A stretch of 33,824 nt of DNA from a bacterium (GTDB lineage: Bacteria > UBP15 > UBA6099 > JAJRTR01). Where the stretch lies: assembly GCA_024278215.1 (NCBI GenBank), contig JAJRTR010000163.1, forward strand, positions 1 to 33,824, read 5' to 3'. The translations under genes were made by a program, and so were the position numbers. Below, piece by piece: positions 1-8,365 of the stretch (position 1 is the stretch's first letter; each line of letters starts with the position of its first letter). Under the pieces are notes generated by a model. The model had not been told where the DNA came from. It ran no database searches and saw nothing but the letters and a program-made list of their open reading frames with translations.

Positions 1-167
1 CATTCTTATGCGATACTGTGCGAAAAATGTGCGCTATAGTTCGCCATAATACCCCATTTCGCGCTTAAGTTAACGCTTATGGTTACCAGTCCCTGTTTTT
101 CGCACATTAAAAATGTGGTTGTTTTTAACCCACTTTTATGTCGCACACCCAATATGCGGCTTAACAA

Positions 168-197
168 TTGACACACCCGGCCAATGTGTGTTATCAT
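168..197 (+). promoter_or_regulatory. Sigma70-type promoter upstream of fliW
   Basis: TTGACA (168-173), 18-nt spacer, TG-n-TATCAT extended -10 (189-197). An ACACAC/GTGTGT inverted repeat (171-176/186-191) overlaps it. Confidence 0.55.
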
Positions 198-362
198 GTA
201 GTCAATAATGTTAAAATAATAATATTAAAGAACTTCAACTCGACAATCTTCAAAAGAGCAAAGCAATCGGTGGCACATACCATGTCAATATTTTGTCGCG
301 CGGTCACGGCTAAGCATTACATATAAACCGCGCATCGGCTGAATTAACAGGAGGAGTGCCTT

Positions 363-848
363 ATGAACGTAGCTACCGAGCGTTTTGGCGTTATCGATGT
401 ACCCCGGAAAGATGTTTTCGAACTTTCCACACCACTGCTGGGAATACCCGACACAACCAGTTTTTTCTTTATGCAGGAGGAAAGTATCGCGCCGTTTTTC
501 TGGATACAATCCGTGGATGATCCCGAGATGACGCTTATAGTGGTCGAACCGCACCACTTTTTCAGGCATTACAGCCCGCGCCTGCAACTCAGCGACCTGA
601 AAGATGTCGGCGCGAGCCACCCGGGCGAAGTCCGGATTTTTGCCATCGTTGTACTGCCAGACGACATGTCGAAAATGACAGCCAACCTTCGCCGCCCTCT
701 CATCGTCAACTTCCGCACAGGAAAAATGAAACAGGTTCGCCGCAGCTTCCGGGAGTACTCTTTCGAGGAATCAATCGTCGAGGGCATCAAACGCAGCGAA
801 ACCGCCAGGGCCGATGTCGGAGACCGCTTTGAAGTTTCTCTTAACTGA
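363..848 (+). CDS. fliW: Flagellar assembly factor FliW (CsrA antagonist)
   Basis: 161 aa. N-terminal T.RFG, F.W.QS.DDP....VV.P..FF..Y and MTANL..P..VN...G..KQV motifs. Strong AGGAGG RBS just upstream. Confidence 0.88.
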   Translation: MNVATERFGVIDVPRKDVFELSTPLLGIPDTTSFFFMQEESIAPFFWIQSVDDPEMTLIVVEPHHFFRHYSPRLQLSDLKDVGASHPGEVRIFAIVVLPDDMSKMTANLRRPLIVNFRTGKMKQVRRSFREYSFEESIVEGIKRSETARADVGDRFEVSLN

Positions 849-873
849 CTGAGCCGGATTTCATTATCATCTC

Positions 874-904
874 AGCTCGGATTTCTTTGTGAGAAATCCG
901 GGCT
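874..904. terminator. Stem-loop after fliW (possible terminator or REP-like palindrome)
   Basis: AGCTCGGATTTCT-ttgtg-AGAAATCCGGGCT, a 13-bp stem with one G-U pair. No U-tract follows; the MITE is inserted immediately downstream. Confidence 0.45.
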
Positions 905-909
905 CGATG

Positions 910-1087
910 GAGCCAATTGCAAAATTACGTTCGTAGCGAGGTCGAGCGAAATTGTTCGGAGCAAGGCGGAGGTGTAAAATCTTCGCAGGCGTACTTGTAG
1001 AGTACGTCGAGGACGATTTTGCGCCGACAACGCAGCTATGGACAATTGCAGCCGACCGCAGCAGAATCAGAATTTTGCAATTGTCTC
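910..1087 (+). mobile_element. 178-bp MITE, copy 1
   Basis: TIRs GAGCCAATTGCAAAATT (910-926) / AATTTTGCAATTGTCTC (1071-1087), 16/17 match. Flanking 4-bp direct repeat GATG (906-909, 1088-1091). Near-identical inverted copy at 10825-11002. Confidence 0.9.
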
Positions 1088-1148
1088 GATGGAAGAGTCA
1101 TTTTAAAAACAACTTCCAACAAATGGTTTTTCCTCATAAAATATTCTT

Positions 1149-1871
1149 ATGAATAAAATACGTAAATGTTTGCCGCTGTATACTGTTGCAAGCGAGCTGA
1201 TTGTCTTCATTTCGTTGATGATAACTTTATGCGGCGTTTATGCTTATGCGCAGGATAAAAACGATAAGAACGAAGGCGACCTGTTCGCGATTGCGCAAAT
1301 ACACTACGGTGGTGGCGGCGACTGGTATGAGGACCGCACCTCGATGATACGTCTGCAAGCAAGGATCGAGAAAGAGTTTGGCCTGCGCGCCGCGCCCGGG
1401 CGCAGGGTGGTCAGAATCATGGACGACGACTTGTTTTCATATCCGATGCTGTTTATGACCGGGCATGGAAACATTGTTTTTTCGCCTGAAGAGGTTGAAA
1501 GGCTGAAAGAGTATTTCGACCGCGGCGGTTTCCTGTGGGCGTGTGACGACTATGGTATGGACGAATCGTTCAGACGCGAGATGAAGAAGGTTATTCCCGG
1601 TTCGGAATTTGTCGAGTTGCCGTTCGATCATCCGATCTACAGGAAACCGTACAGGTTCGACAGGGGCCTGCCGAAGATTCACGAACACGCGGGCGGTCCG
1701 CCTCACGGCTACGCGATGTTCCTCGGGCCGCGTATGATTGTCTTCTACGATTTCAACACAGATATCGGCGACGGGCTGGAAGCGCCGAGCATACACAATG
1801 ACCCGGAAGAAGTCAGGGAACAGGCATTCAAAATGGCTGTCAATATTGCTTATTTCGCACTGACACAGTAA
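1149..1871 (+). CDS. DUF4159 domain protein with N-terminal signal/TM segment
   Basis: YGGGGDWY, LFSYPMLFMTGHG, LKEYFDRGGFLWACDDYG and GLPKIHEH.G.PP motifs typical of DUF4159. Hydrophobic N-terminus ending AYA. Start codon uncertain. Confidence 0.8.
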   Translation: MNKIRKCLPLYTVASELIVFISLMITLCGVYAYAQDKNDKNEGDLFAIAQIHYGGGGDWYEDRTSMIRLQARIEKEFGLRAAPGRRVVRIMDDDLFSYPMLFMTGHGNIVFSPEEVERLKEYFDRGGFLWACDDYGMDESFRREMKKVIPGSEFVELPFDHPIYRKPYRFDRGLPKIHEHAGGPPHGYAMFLGPRMIVFYDFNTDIGDGLEAPSIHNDPEEVREQAFKMAVNIAYFALTQ

Positions 1872-1987
1872 ACTGGTTCATTGTTTCAGTGTTGTAAAAT
1901 GAGAGTGTGCAGAATTTATAAACGAGGGTATCGGTTTGAACCTTGCAGGATAAACGGAGGGTAAATGATGCCGGTCTGGAGGAATGG

Positions 1988-2944
1988 ATGAAAGCGCTTA
2001 TCACAGGAATCACAGGTTTTGCGGGAAGCCATCTGGCAGAATTGCTGTTGGGCGAAAATATTGAAGTTTTCGGGGCGGCGAGGCAAAGGAGTCCGATGGA
2101 GAACATCACTCCGCAGGTGAAGAAAAACGTTGCTTTCATCGAGTGTGAACTCCGCGACAGCGTGCCTGTCAAGAACATGCTCAAGCAGGTTGAACCCGAC
2201 CTGATATTTCACCTTGCAGCCCAGAGCTTTGTGCCTACATCATGGGTTTCGCCGGCAGATACGATTACGAACAATATCATAAGCCAGCTTAACCTTTTTG
2301 AGGCGATGAGAGACCTTGGACTGAAGGAAACACGGATTCAGCTTGCGTGCTCGAGTGAGGAATACGGGATGGTGCACGAGGACGAAGTGCCGATCAGGGA
2401 AACGAATCCGCTGCGACCTCTGAGTCCCTATGCTGTGAGCAAAATAGCCCAGGACATGATGGGCTACCAGTATCACGAAAGTTACGGGATAAAAGCGATA
2501 CGCACGAGGGCGTTCAATCATACGGGTCCGCGGCGCGGCGAGATTTTCGTCACGTCGGCGTTCGCAAAACAGATAGCAATGATCGAAAAGGGCAGGCAGG
2601 AGCCGGTGATGAAAGTCGGCAACCTCGAGGCGAGGCGCGACTTCACCGATGTGCGCGACACTGTGCGCGCGTATCTTGAGATTATTCAGAAAGGCGAGCC
2701 CGGCGATGTCTACAATATATGCACCGGCACTTCGATCTCGATGCAGGAACTGCTGGACGGGCTCCTCGCGCTTTCGGATGTCGACATAAAAGTGGAAACC
2801 GACCCGGACAGGCTGCGCCCCTCGGATGTGATGATTCTCGAAGGCGATTGCTCGAAACTCAAGGCCGCGACAGGCTGGCAGCCGCGGATACCGTTCGACC
2901 GGACATTGAAAGATACACTTGATTACTGGAGAGAGCGTGTGTGA
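1988..2944 (+). CDS. Extended SDR, GDP-4-keto-6-deoxy-D-mannose reductase (Rmd)-like / GDP-mannose 4,6-dehydratase family
   Basis: GITGFAG Rossmann motif, HLAAQS.V..SW, SSEEYG, YAVSK (YxxxK), RAFNHTGP, VGNL..RRDFTDVRD. Lacks the GQDG signature of Gmd. ATG at 1988 follows a GGAGG RBS. Confidence 0.8.
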   Translation: MKALITGITGFAGSHLAELLLGENIEVFGAARQRSPMENITPQVKKNVAFIECELRDSVPVKNMLKQVEPDLIFHLAAQSFVPTSWVSPADTITNNIISQLNLFEAMRDLGLKETRIQLACSSEEYGMVHEDEVPIRETNPLRPLSPYAVSKIAQDMMGYQYHESYGIKAIRTRAFNHTGPRRGEIFVTSAFAKQIAMIEKGRQEPVMKVGNLEARRDFTDVRDTVRAYLEIIQKGEPGDVYNICTGTSISMQELLDGLLALSDVDIKVETDPDRLRPSDVMILEGDCSKLKAATGWQPRIPFDRTLKDTLDYWRERV

Positions 2945-4524
2945 GCGCGAAAAAAACTGAAATAGAGATATACGATACCACCCTTCGAGACGGTGCCCAG
3001 AGCAGGGGGATAAACTTTTCTCTCGAAGACAAGGTCCGCATCACAAAGAGGCTGGACGATTTCGGCGTCCATTTTATCGAGGCCGGCTGGCCGGATTCCA
3101 ATCCGACAGACGGCGAATACTTCAAACGTATAAAAAAACACAAGATAAAAAACGCGCGCATCGTCGCTTTCGGTCGAACGAGGGCGAAGGGCAGAACCTG
3201 TGCGAAGGATGCGACGATACAGGCGCTGTTGAGGGCCGAACCTGATGCTTTGACGATTTTCGGAAAAAGCTGGGACTTGCAGGCCGAGCAGGTGCTGAAG
3301 GTATCTCTGAAGGAAAACCTCAAGATAATATCCGATACGGTGAAGTACCTCAAGAAAAAAGGATTCTTTGTATTATATGATGCGGAACACTTTTTCGACG
3401 GATATATTTCAAACGCGGGCTACGCAGTCGACACCATCATGGCGGCGGCGGACGCGGGCGCGGACCGCATAGTGCTGTGCGACACCAACGGCGGATCGCT
3501 GCCGTCGTTTATCGCCGCTCTGGTGTGCGAAGCCGTCTCGAAAACCGGCGCGGTCATCGGCGTGCATGCCCACAACGATTCCGAACTCGCGGTGGCGAAC
3601 ACGCTGGCGGCGGTCGAGGCGGGCGCGACACATGTTCACGGTACAATAAACGGTTACGGCGAGCGGGCTGGAAACGCTAACCTCTGTTCCATCATCCCGA
3701 ACCTCATGCTGAAGATGAACTTCAAGTGCATCCCGAAAAAGAACCTTGCACGGCTGCGTGAGCTTGCCCGCTTTGTGTGCGAACTCGCCAACGTGCCCAT
3801 GCCCGGCAACCTGCCTTATGTGGGCGACTACGCATTCACACACAAGGCCGGTGCGCACATGGACGCGATGAAAAAGATGGCTCATTCCTACGAGCATATA
3901 AAACCGTTGCTCGTCGGCGGCAGCACAGGCACAGTCGTGTCGGACGTCTCGGGACGCAGCAATGTGATAGAACTCGCGGGCCAGCTCGGCATCGACATCA
4001 CCGGCGATGCGCACAAGCGGACCGTTCGCGCCGTACTCAAGGAACTGAAAGAACTCGGCTACGGCGGCTACCGTTTCGAGGGCGCCGAAGGTTCTTTCGA
4101 ACTCCTTGTGAGAAAACATCTCGGAGTGAGAAAAGAATTTTTCAGTCTCGAAGGATTCAGGGTAGTGGTCGACAAGAGGGCGAGTGAGAAGATATATTCC
4201 GAAGCGACTATAAGGATAGAAGTACCGGACGGGAAGGAATTTATGGTGGCCGAGGGAAACGGTCCTGTGGACGCGCTGGATAACGCGCTGAAAAAAGCTT
4301 TGCTGCGTTTTTATCCTTCACTGGGTGAAATGCGTCTAATAGACTATAAAGTCAGGGTTCTGGACGAACGGGACGGCACGGCCGCGTCGGTCAGGGTTCT
4401 GATAACTTCGACGGATGGTAAAGGCGTCTGGGGTACGGTCGGGGTTTCGGAAAACGTGATACAGGCAAGCTGGAAGGCGCTGGTGGACAGCATAGAGTAC
4501 AAACTGCTCAAGGACGGGCTTTGA
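2941..4524 (+). CDS. cimA: Citramalate synthase (LeuA-related DRE-TIM family, CimA type)
   Basis: YDTTLRDGAQ, IEAGWP.SNP.D, YDAEHFFDG, CDTNGG, HAHND, GYGERAGNANL, and a C-terminal LeuA dimerisation domain (GNGPVDALD, DYKVR, WGTVGVSENVIQAS). GTG start overlaps the upstream TGA. Confidence 0.88.
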   Translation: MSAKKTEIEIYDTTLRDGAQSRGINFSLEDKVRITKRLDDFGVHFIEAGWPDSNPTDGEYFKRIKKHKIKNARIVAFGRTRAKGRTCAKDATIQALLRAEPDALTIFGKSWDLQAEQVLKVSLKENLKIISDTVKYLKKKGFFVLYDAEHFFDGYISNAGYAVDTIMAAADAGADRIVLCDTNGGSLPSFIAALVCEAVSKTGAVIGVHAHNDSELAVANTLAAVEAGATHVHGTINGYGERAGNANLCSIIPNLMLKMNFKCIPKKNLARLRELARFVCELANVPMPGNLPYVGDYAFTHKAGAHMDAMKKMAHSYEHIKPLLVGGSTGTVVSDVSGRSNVIELAGQLGIDITGDAHKRTVRAVLKELKELGYGGYRFEGAEGSFELLVRKHLGVRKEFFSLEGFRVVVDKRASEKIYSEATIRIEVPDGKEFMVAEGNGPVDALDNALKKALLRFYPSLGEMRLIDYKVRVLDERDGTAASVRVLITSTDGKGVWGTVGVSENVIQASWKALVDSIEYKLLKDGL

Positions 4525-4764
4525 ACTGCGCGCGCGACATACGGTAATGGTTCGGGGACAGACACCTGAGGAAAACAAGAGAAATAATGCTGTCCGCCGC
4601 GAGTATCCGGACTTGTACGCCGGTCTTGATTTTTGCGGAAATGATGATATGTTGTATTAAGGTCAATCTGAGCCGGATGCAATGGAACGTAGTTGTTCAT
4701 TCTATTCATTTGATGCATTATTGACATCAGCGTCCGATCACAGGAAATTCGGTAAACGATAATA

Positions 4765-5739
4765 ATGAAAAATATATTGATAACGGGTGGCAGCGGAGTT
4801 ATAGGATCGCATCTCGCAGACGCTCTTCTTGCCGCCGGATACTCGGTCACAATAATTGATAATCTCGTCACCGGTAAAATAAAGAATGTCGAACACAATC
4901 TTCATAATCCGGATTTCAGGATAATCAACGATACGATAATGAATGAAGAACTCATGGACTAACTGATTCGTGAGTGCCACATGGTCTATCACCTGGCGGC
5001 GGCAGTCGGCGTAAAATACATTGTCGACGACCCGCTTCAGGGTATTCTCACCAATGTCAAGGGCACTGAAATTGTTCTCGAACATTCCTTTAAATACTGG
5101 AAGCGCGTCGTGTTCGCCTCGACGTCCGAAATCTACGGCAAGTCCGAAAAAGTCCCATTCGAGGAAGATTCGGAGAGGATACTTGGTTCTACGAAGGTTG
5201 ACCGCTGGTCTTATTCCACGGCAAAGGCGCTCGACGAGCATTTATGTTTCGCCTATTCCGCCAAGGGGCTCCCTGTTTCGATCGTGCGGTATTTCAACTC
5301 CTACGGTCCGCGCATCGACGAACGCGGCTACGGCAGTGTCGTCGCAAACTTCATCAGCCAGGCCATGCGCAACGAGCCGATAACAGTGCATGGAGACGGC
5401 AAACAGACGAGATGTTTTACATACATAGAGGACACGATAAGGGGCACGCTGCTTGTGGGCGAAAAGGAAGAAGCGCTCGGCAATGCCTTTAACATAGGCA
5501 ACAACACGGAGACAACAATATGGCGGCTTGCGGAGATGATCGTGGAGCTTACCGGCTCGAGATCGGAACTGACGCTTGTACCATACGAAGACGCGTACGG
5601 AAGCAGCTACGAAGATACAAGGCGAAGGATTCCCATGATTGAAAAAGCGAATAATTTACTCGGGTTCACGCCCGCGGTTGAACTATCGGAAGGATTGAAA
5701 AAAACAATTGAGTGGGCAAAAGAAAACTACAACAGATAA
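4765..5739 (+). pseudogene. NAD-dependent epimerase/dehydratase (UDP-glucuronate decarboxylase-like SDR) interrupted by an in-frame TAA
   Basis: ORFs 4765-4962 and 4981-5739 share one frame. Reading through TAA 4960-4962 gives a continuous SDR: ITGGSGVIGSHL...LMD*LIRECHMVYHLAAAVGV...STSEIYGK...YSTAK...RYFNSYGPR. Confidence 0.8.
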
Positions 5740-7075
5740 TATCACGCTGACGGCTATCAAAAAGAAAAAATGCAAGATAGCCGTGCTGGGGCTGGGATAT
5801 GTCGGGCTGCCGCTCGCGCTCGAGTTTGCGCGCGCGAATTTTTTCGTAACCGGTATCGACCCGGACGTTAAAAAGGTGGAAGCCATATACGATGGACACA
5901 GCTATATTTCGGATATTTCAGACGAGGAACTTAAAGCGGTAGTTTCGCAGGGATACATGAAATCGACAGCGGACTTCGCGACGCTCGAGGAGATGGATGT
6001 GGTCTTTATTTGTGTGCCGACACCATTCTCGAAGTACAAAGAACCGGACGTTTCCTATGTGATCGCTTCCGCGCACAATATCGTCGAGCACATGAAAAAG
6101 AAACAGCTTATTATCCTCGAGAGCACAACTTTTCCGGGCACTACGGAAGAGGTGGTACTGCCGATTCTCGAGAGCACCGGGCTCGAAGCCGGCAAAGACT
6201 TCTATCTTGTTTTCTCGCCGGAGCGTGTCGATCCCGGCAACCGCAAGTTTGCCATCAGGAACACACCCAAGGTCATCGGCGGCCTCGGTGAGAAAAGCAC
6301 AAAACTTGCAAAAACCCTGTATTCGAAAATTATCGCCGAGAATCTTGTCATTCCCGTCTCGGCGCCGCGCATTGCCGAAATGACCAAGTTGCTGGAAAAT
6401 ATTTTCCGCAGCGTCAACATAGCTCTTATCAACGAACTTACCTTCCTGTGCGACAGGATGAAGCTGGATATATGGGAAGTAATCGACGCCGCATCCTCGA
6501 AACCATTCGGGTTCATGCCGTTCTATCCGGGGCCCGGCGTTGGCGGACACTGCATACCTGTTGATCCCTACTATCTTTCATGGAAGGCGCGCGAGTACGA
6601 CTTCTACACGAAATTTATCGAACTCGCGGCGGAAATCAATCTGAGCATGCCGCGATATGTCCTGTCGAAGGTCATCGACACGCTGAACGATGAAGGCAAG
6701 AGCCTCAGAGGCTCCAGTATTCTCGCACTCGGTGTCGCGTTTAAGCCGAACATCAACGATGCCAGGAACTCGCCCGCGATAAAAGTTATCGAGGAACTCA
6801 CCTGCAAGGGCGCGAAAGTGGATTACTCGGACCCTTACATACCGAGCATCGGAAACGGAAGCACATATTTTTCCGTGGCCAGTAAGATCGGCTTCCACAA
6901 GTCGACGAAAATCACTGCTAAAAAATTGAAAGAGTACGATCTTGTCGTGATTCTTGTCGAGCACGATAAATTCGATTTCCCGTTCGTCGTGCGGCACTCG
7001 AAGCTGATTGTCGACACAAAAAATGTATGCAAGAATATTACGCCGGGCAAAGGTTGCAGGATTGTAAAAATCTGA
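5708..7075 (+). CDS. Nucleotide-sugar dehydrogenase (UDP-N-acetylhexosamine 6-dehydrogenase, WbpA/WecC/TviB family)
   Basis: GLGYVGLPLA, ICVPTP, LESTTFPGTT, FSPERVDPGN, KLLENIFRSVNIALINEL, PGPGVGGHCIPVDPYYL. Confidence 0.9.
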   Translation: MSGQKKTTTDNITLTAIKKKKCKIAVLGLGYVGLPLALEFARANFFVTGIDPDVKKVEAIYDGHSYISDISDEELKAVVSQGYMKSTADFATLEEMDVVFICVPTPFSKYKEPDVSYVIASAHNIVEHMKKKQLIILESTTFPGTTEEVVLPILESTGLEAGKDFYLVFSPERVDPGNRKFAIRNTPKVIGGLGEKSTKLAKTLYSKIIAENLVIPVSAPRIAEMTKLLENIFRSVNIALINELTFLCDRMKLDIWEVIDAASSKPFGFMPFYPGPGVGGHCIPVDPYYLSWKAREYDFYTKFIELAAEINLSMPRYVLSKVIDTLNDEGKSLRGSSILALGVAFKPNINDARNSPAIKVIEELTCKGAKVDYSDPYIPSIGNGSTYFSVASKIGFHKSTKITAKKLKEYDLVVILVEHDKFDFPFVVRHSKLIVDTKNVCKNITPGKGCRIVKI

Positions 7076-8161
7076 TTGTCGTTGCACCGTCGAATCTCTC
7101 ACCGGGGTGATGAATTGTTGCCGGAGAGCTTTATTCCCAACATCAGAGGAAGCTACATCTTCTGGTTTATCCTCGCGTTTGCGGTATGCCTTGTCCTGAC
7201 GCCGCTTTTTGGCCGTATCGCATACTGGGTCGGCATTATCGATCATCCGTCAAAGAGGAGATTCCACCTGACATCCATGCCTATGCTGGGTGGGGTGGCC
7301 GTCGCGCTGACTATGATTACACTCAGCTTAACGGCACTCAAAGGCGGCATAACAAAAGAGGTGGCGGGAGTGCTTGCGGCCGGCGGGCTGCTCATGGCGC
7401 TCGGACTGCTCGACGACATCAAGTCGATAACTCCGCGGTTCAAACTTGCGGGCCAGATAATCGCCGGCACAATCATTATCGCCTGTGGGCTGCATATCCG
7501 TCTGACCGGGCTTTTCTTCGTCGATTATCCTCTGACTTATCTTTGGATCATCGGCATTATCAACTGCCAGAATCTGCTCGACAACATCGACGGTCTTTCG
7601 GGCGGTACGGCGGCAATATCCGCCTGTTTCTTCTTTATCATCGCTATATTTACAGGCAACGCGGCCATGGCGGTTTTCGCCATAATTTTTTCCGGCGCCT
7701 GTCTCGGATTTCTCTTCCACAACTTCCATCCCGCAACGATTTTCTCGGGTGATGCCGGCAGCATGTGCATGGGCAGTATGCTAGTGGGCCTGGGCCTCAT
7801 GGCCATGAAACCCCACGATCTTGTTTCCTTCCTTATTCCCAATCTCATTCTCGGTCTGCTGATCTTCGATACGGGACTTGTTTCCCTGTGCAGGGTCATG
7901 AACGGCCTGCATGTCACGGACGGCGGCAGGGACCACACCTCACACAGGCTCTGCAACCTCGGCATGAGCATCCAGGGGTCCGTCACCAGCCTCTTTGTTG
8001 TCTGCTTCGCTTTCGGGCTCGCCGGGACCGTCATGATGTTTATGGAACCCGGAAAAGCTTTGATGATTCCTCTGATTCTTTTCTTCTTATCTATCACAAG
8101 CTGGTTCCTGATGAAGAATCTCTACGACTATTCAAACCATCCGGTTGCCGGAAGGCGGTAA
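7076..8161 (+). CDS. Undecaprenyl-phosphate N-acetylhexosamine-1-phosphate transferase (WecA/TagO, MraY superfamily)
   Basis: Multi-pass membrane protein with P.LGG, GLLDD, N.LDNIDGL, NFHPA.IF.GDAGS and GRDHTSHRL motifs. The true start may be about 13 codons downstream. Confidence 0.85.
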   Translation: MSLHRRISHRGDELLPESFIPNIRGSYIFWFILAFAVCLVLTPLFGRIAYWVGIIDHPSKRRFHLTSMPMLGGVAVALTMITLSLTALKGGITKEVAGVLAAGGLLMALGLLDDIKSITPRFKLAGQIIAGTIIIACGLHIRLTGLFFVDYPLTYLWIIGIINCQNLLDNIDGLSGGTAAISACFFFIIAIFTGNAAMAVFAIIFSGACLGFLFHNFHPATIFSGDAGSMCMGSMLVGLGLMAMKPHDLVSFLIPNLILGLLIFDTGLVSLCRVMNGLHVTDGGRDHTSHRLCNLGMSIQGSVTSLFVVCFAFGLAGTVMMFMEPGKALMIPLILFFLSITSWFLMKNLYDYSNHPVAGRR

Positions 8162-8239
8162 AAACTATAGAATATCTTTTCCCGCGCGCGTTTTGTTTCT
8201 TGCGCTGTGGCGCGTGTTTGTCTGTAAAACGGAAGCTGA

Positions 8240-8304
8240 TGCTATAATAATGAGAATATATAGCGGTTGATCGGAGCAGGTTGCTGGCATTGCCACTAAC
8301 CTGC
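8240..8304 (+). promoter_or_regulatory. Extended -10 promoter and leader hairpin upstream of ilvB
   Basis: TG-C-TATAAT at 8240-8248. Hairpin GCAGGTT..TGGC-att-GCCA..AACCTGC at 8276-8304. Confidence 0.45.
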
Positions 8305-8365
8305 ATATTTCGCAAACGCGGGTGAAATAATTATTACAGGGGTTGGGCGTATTGGACCCCGGGAC

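Noticed and set aside
952-1152. 66-aa ORF as a transposase remnant or small protein
   Set aside because: It lies mostly within the palindromic MITE, has no recognisable motif or RBS, and starts at TTG.
4960-4962. TAA stop-codon reassignment or programmed readthrough
   Set aside because: TAA terminates several intact genes here (DUF4159, WecA-like, cytochrome, kinase, C45) and no other gene shows internal stops. A point mutation or sequencing error is simpler.
8249-8365. T-box or leader-peptide attenuator for ilvBN
   Set aside because: The leader is only ~110 nt, with no T-box consensus, no Ile/Leu/Val-rich leader ORF and no U-tailed terminator. Only simple hairpins are present.
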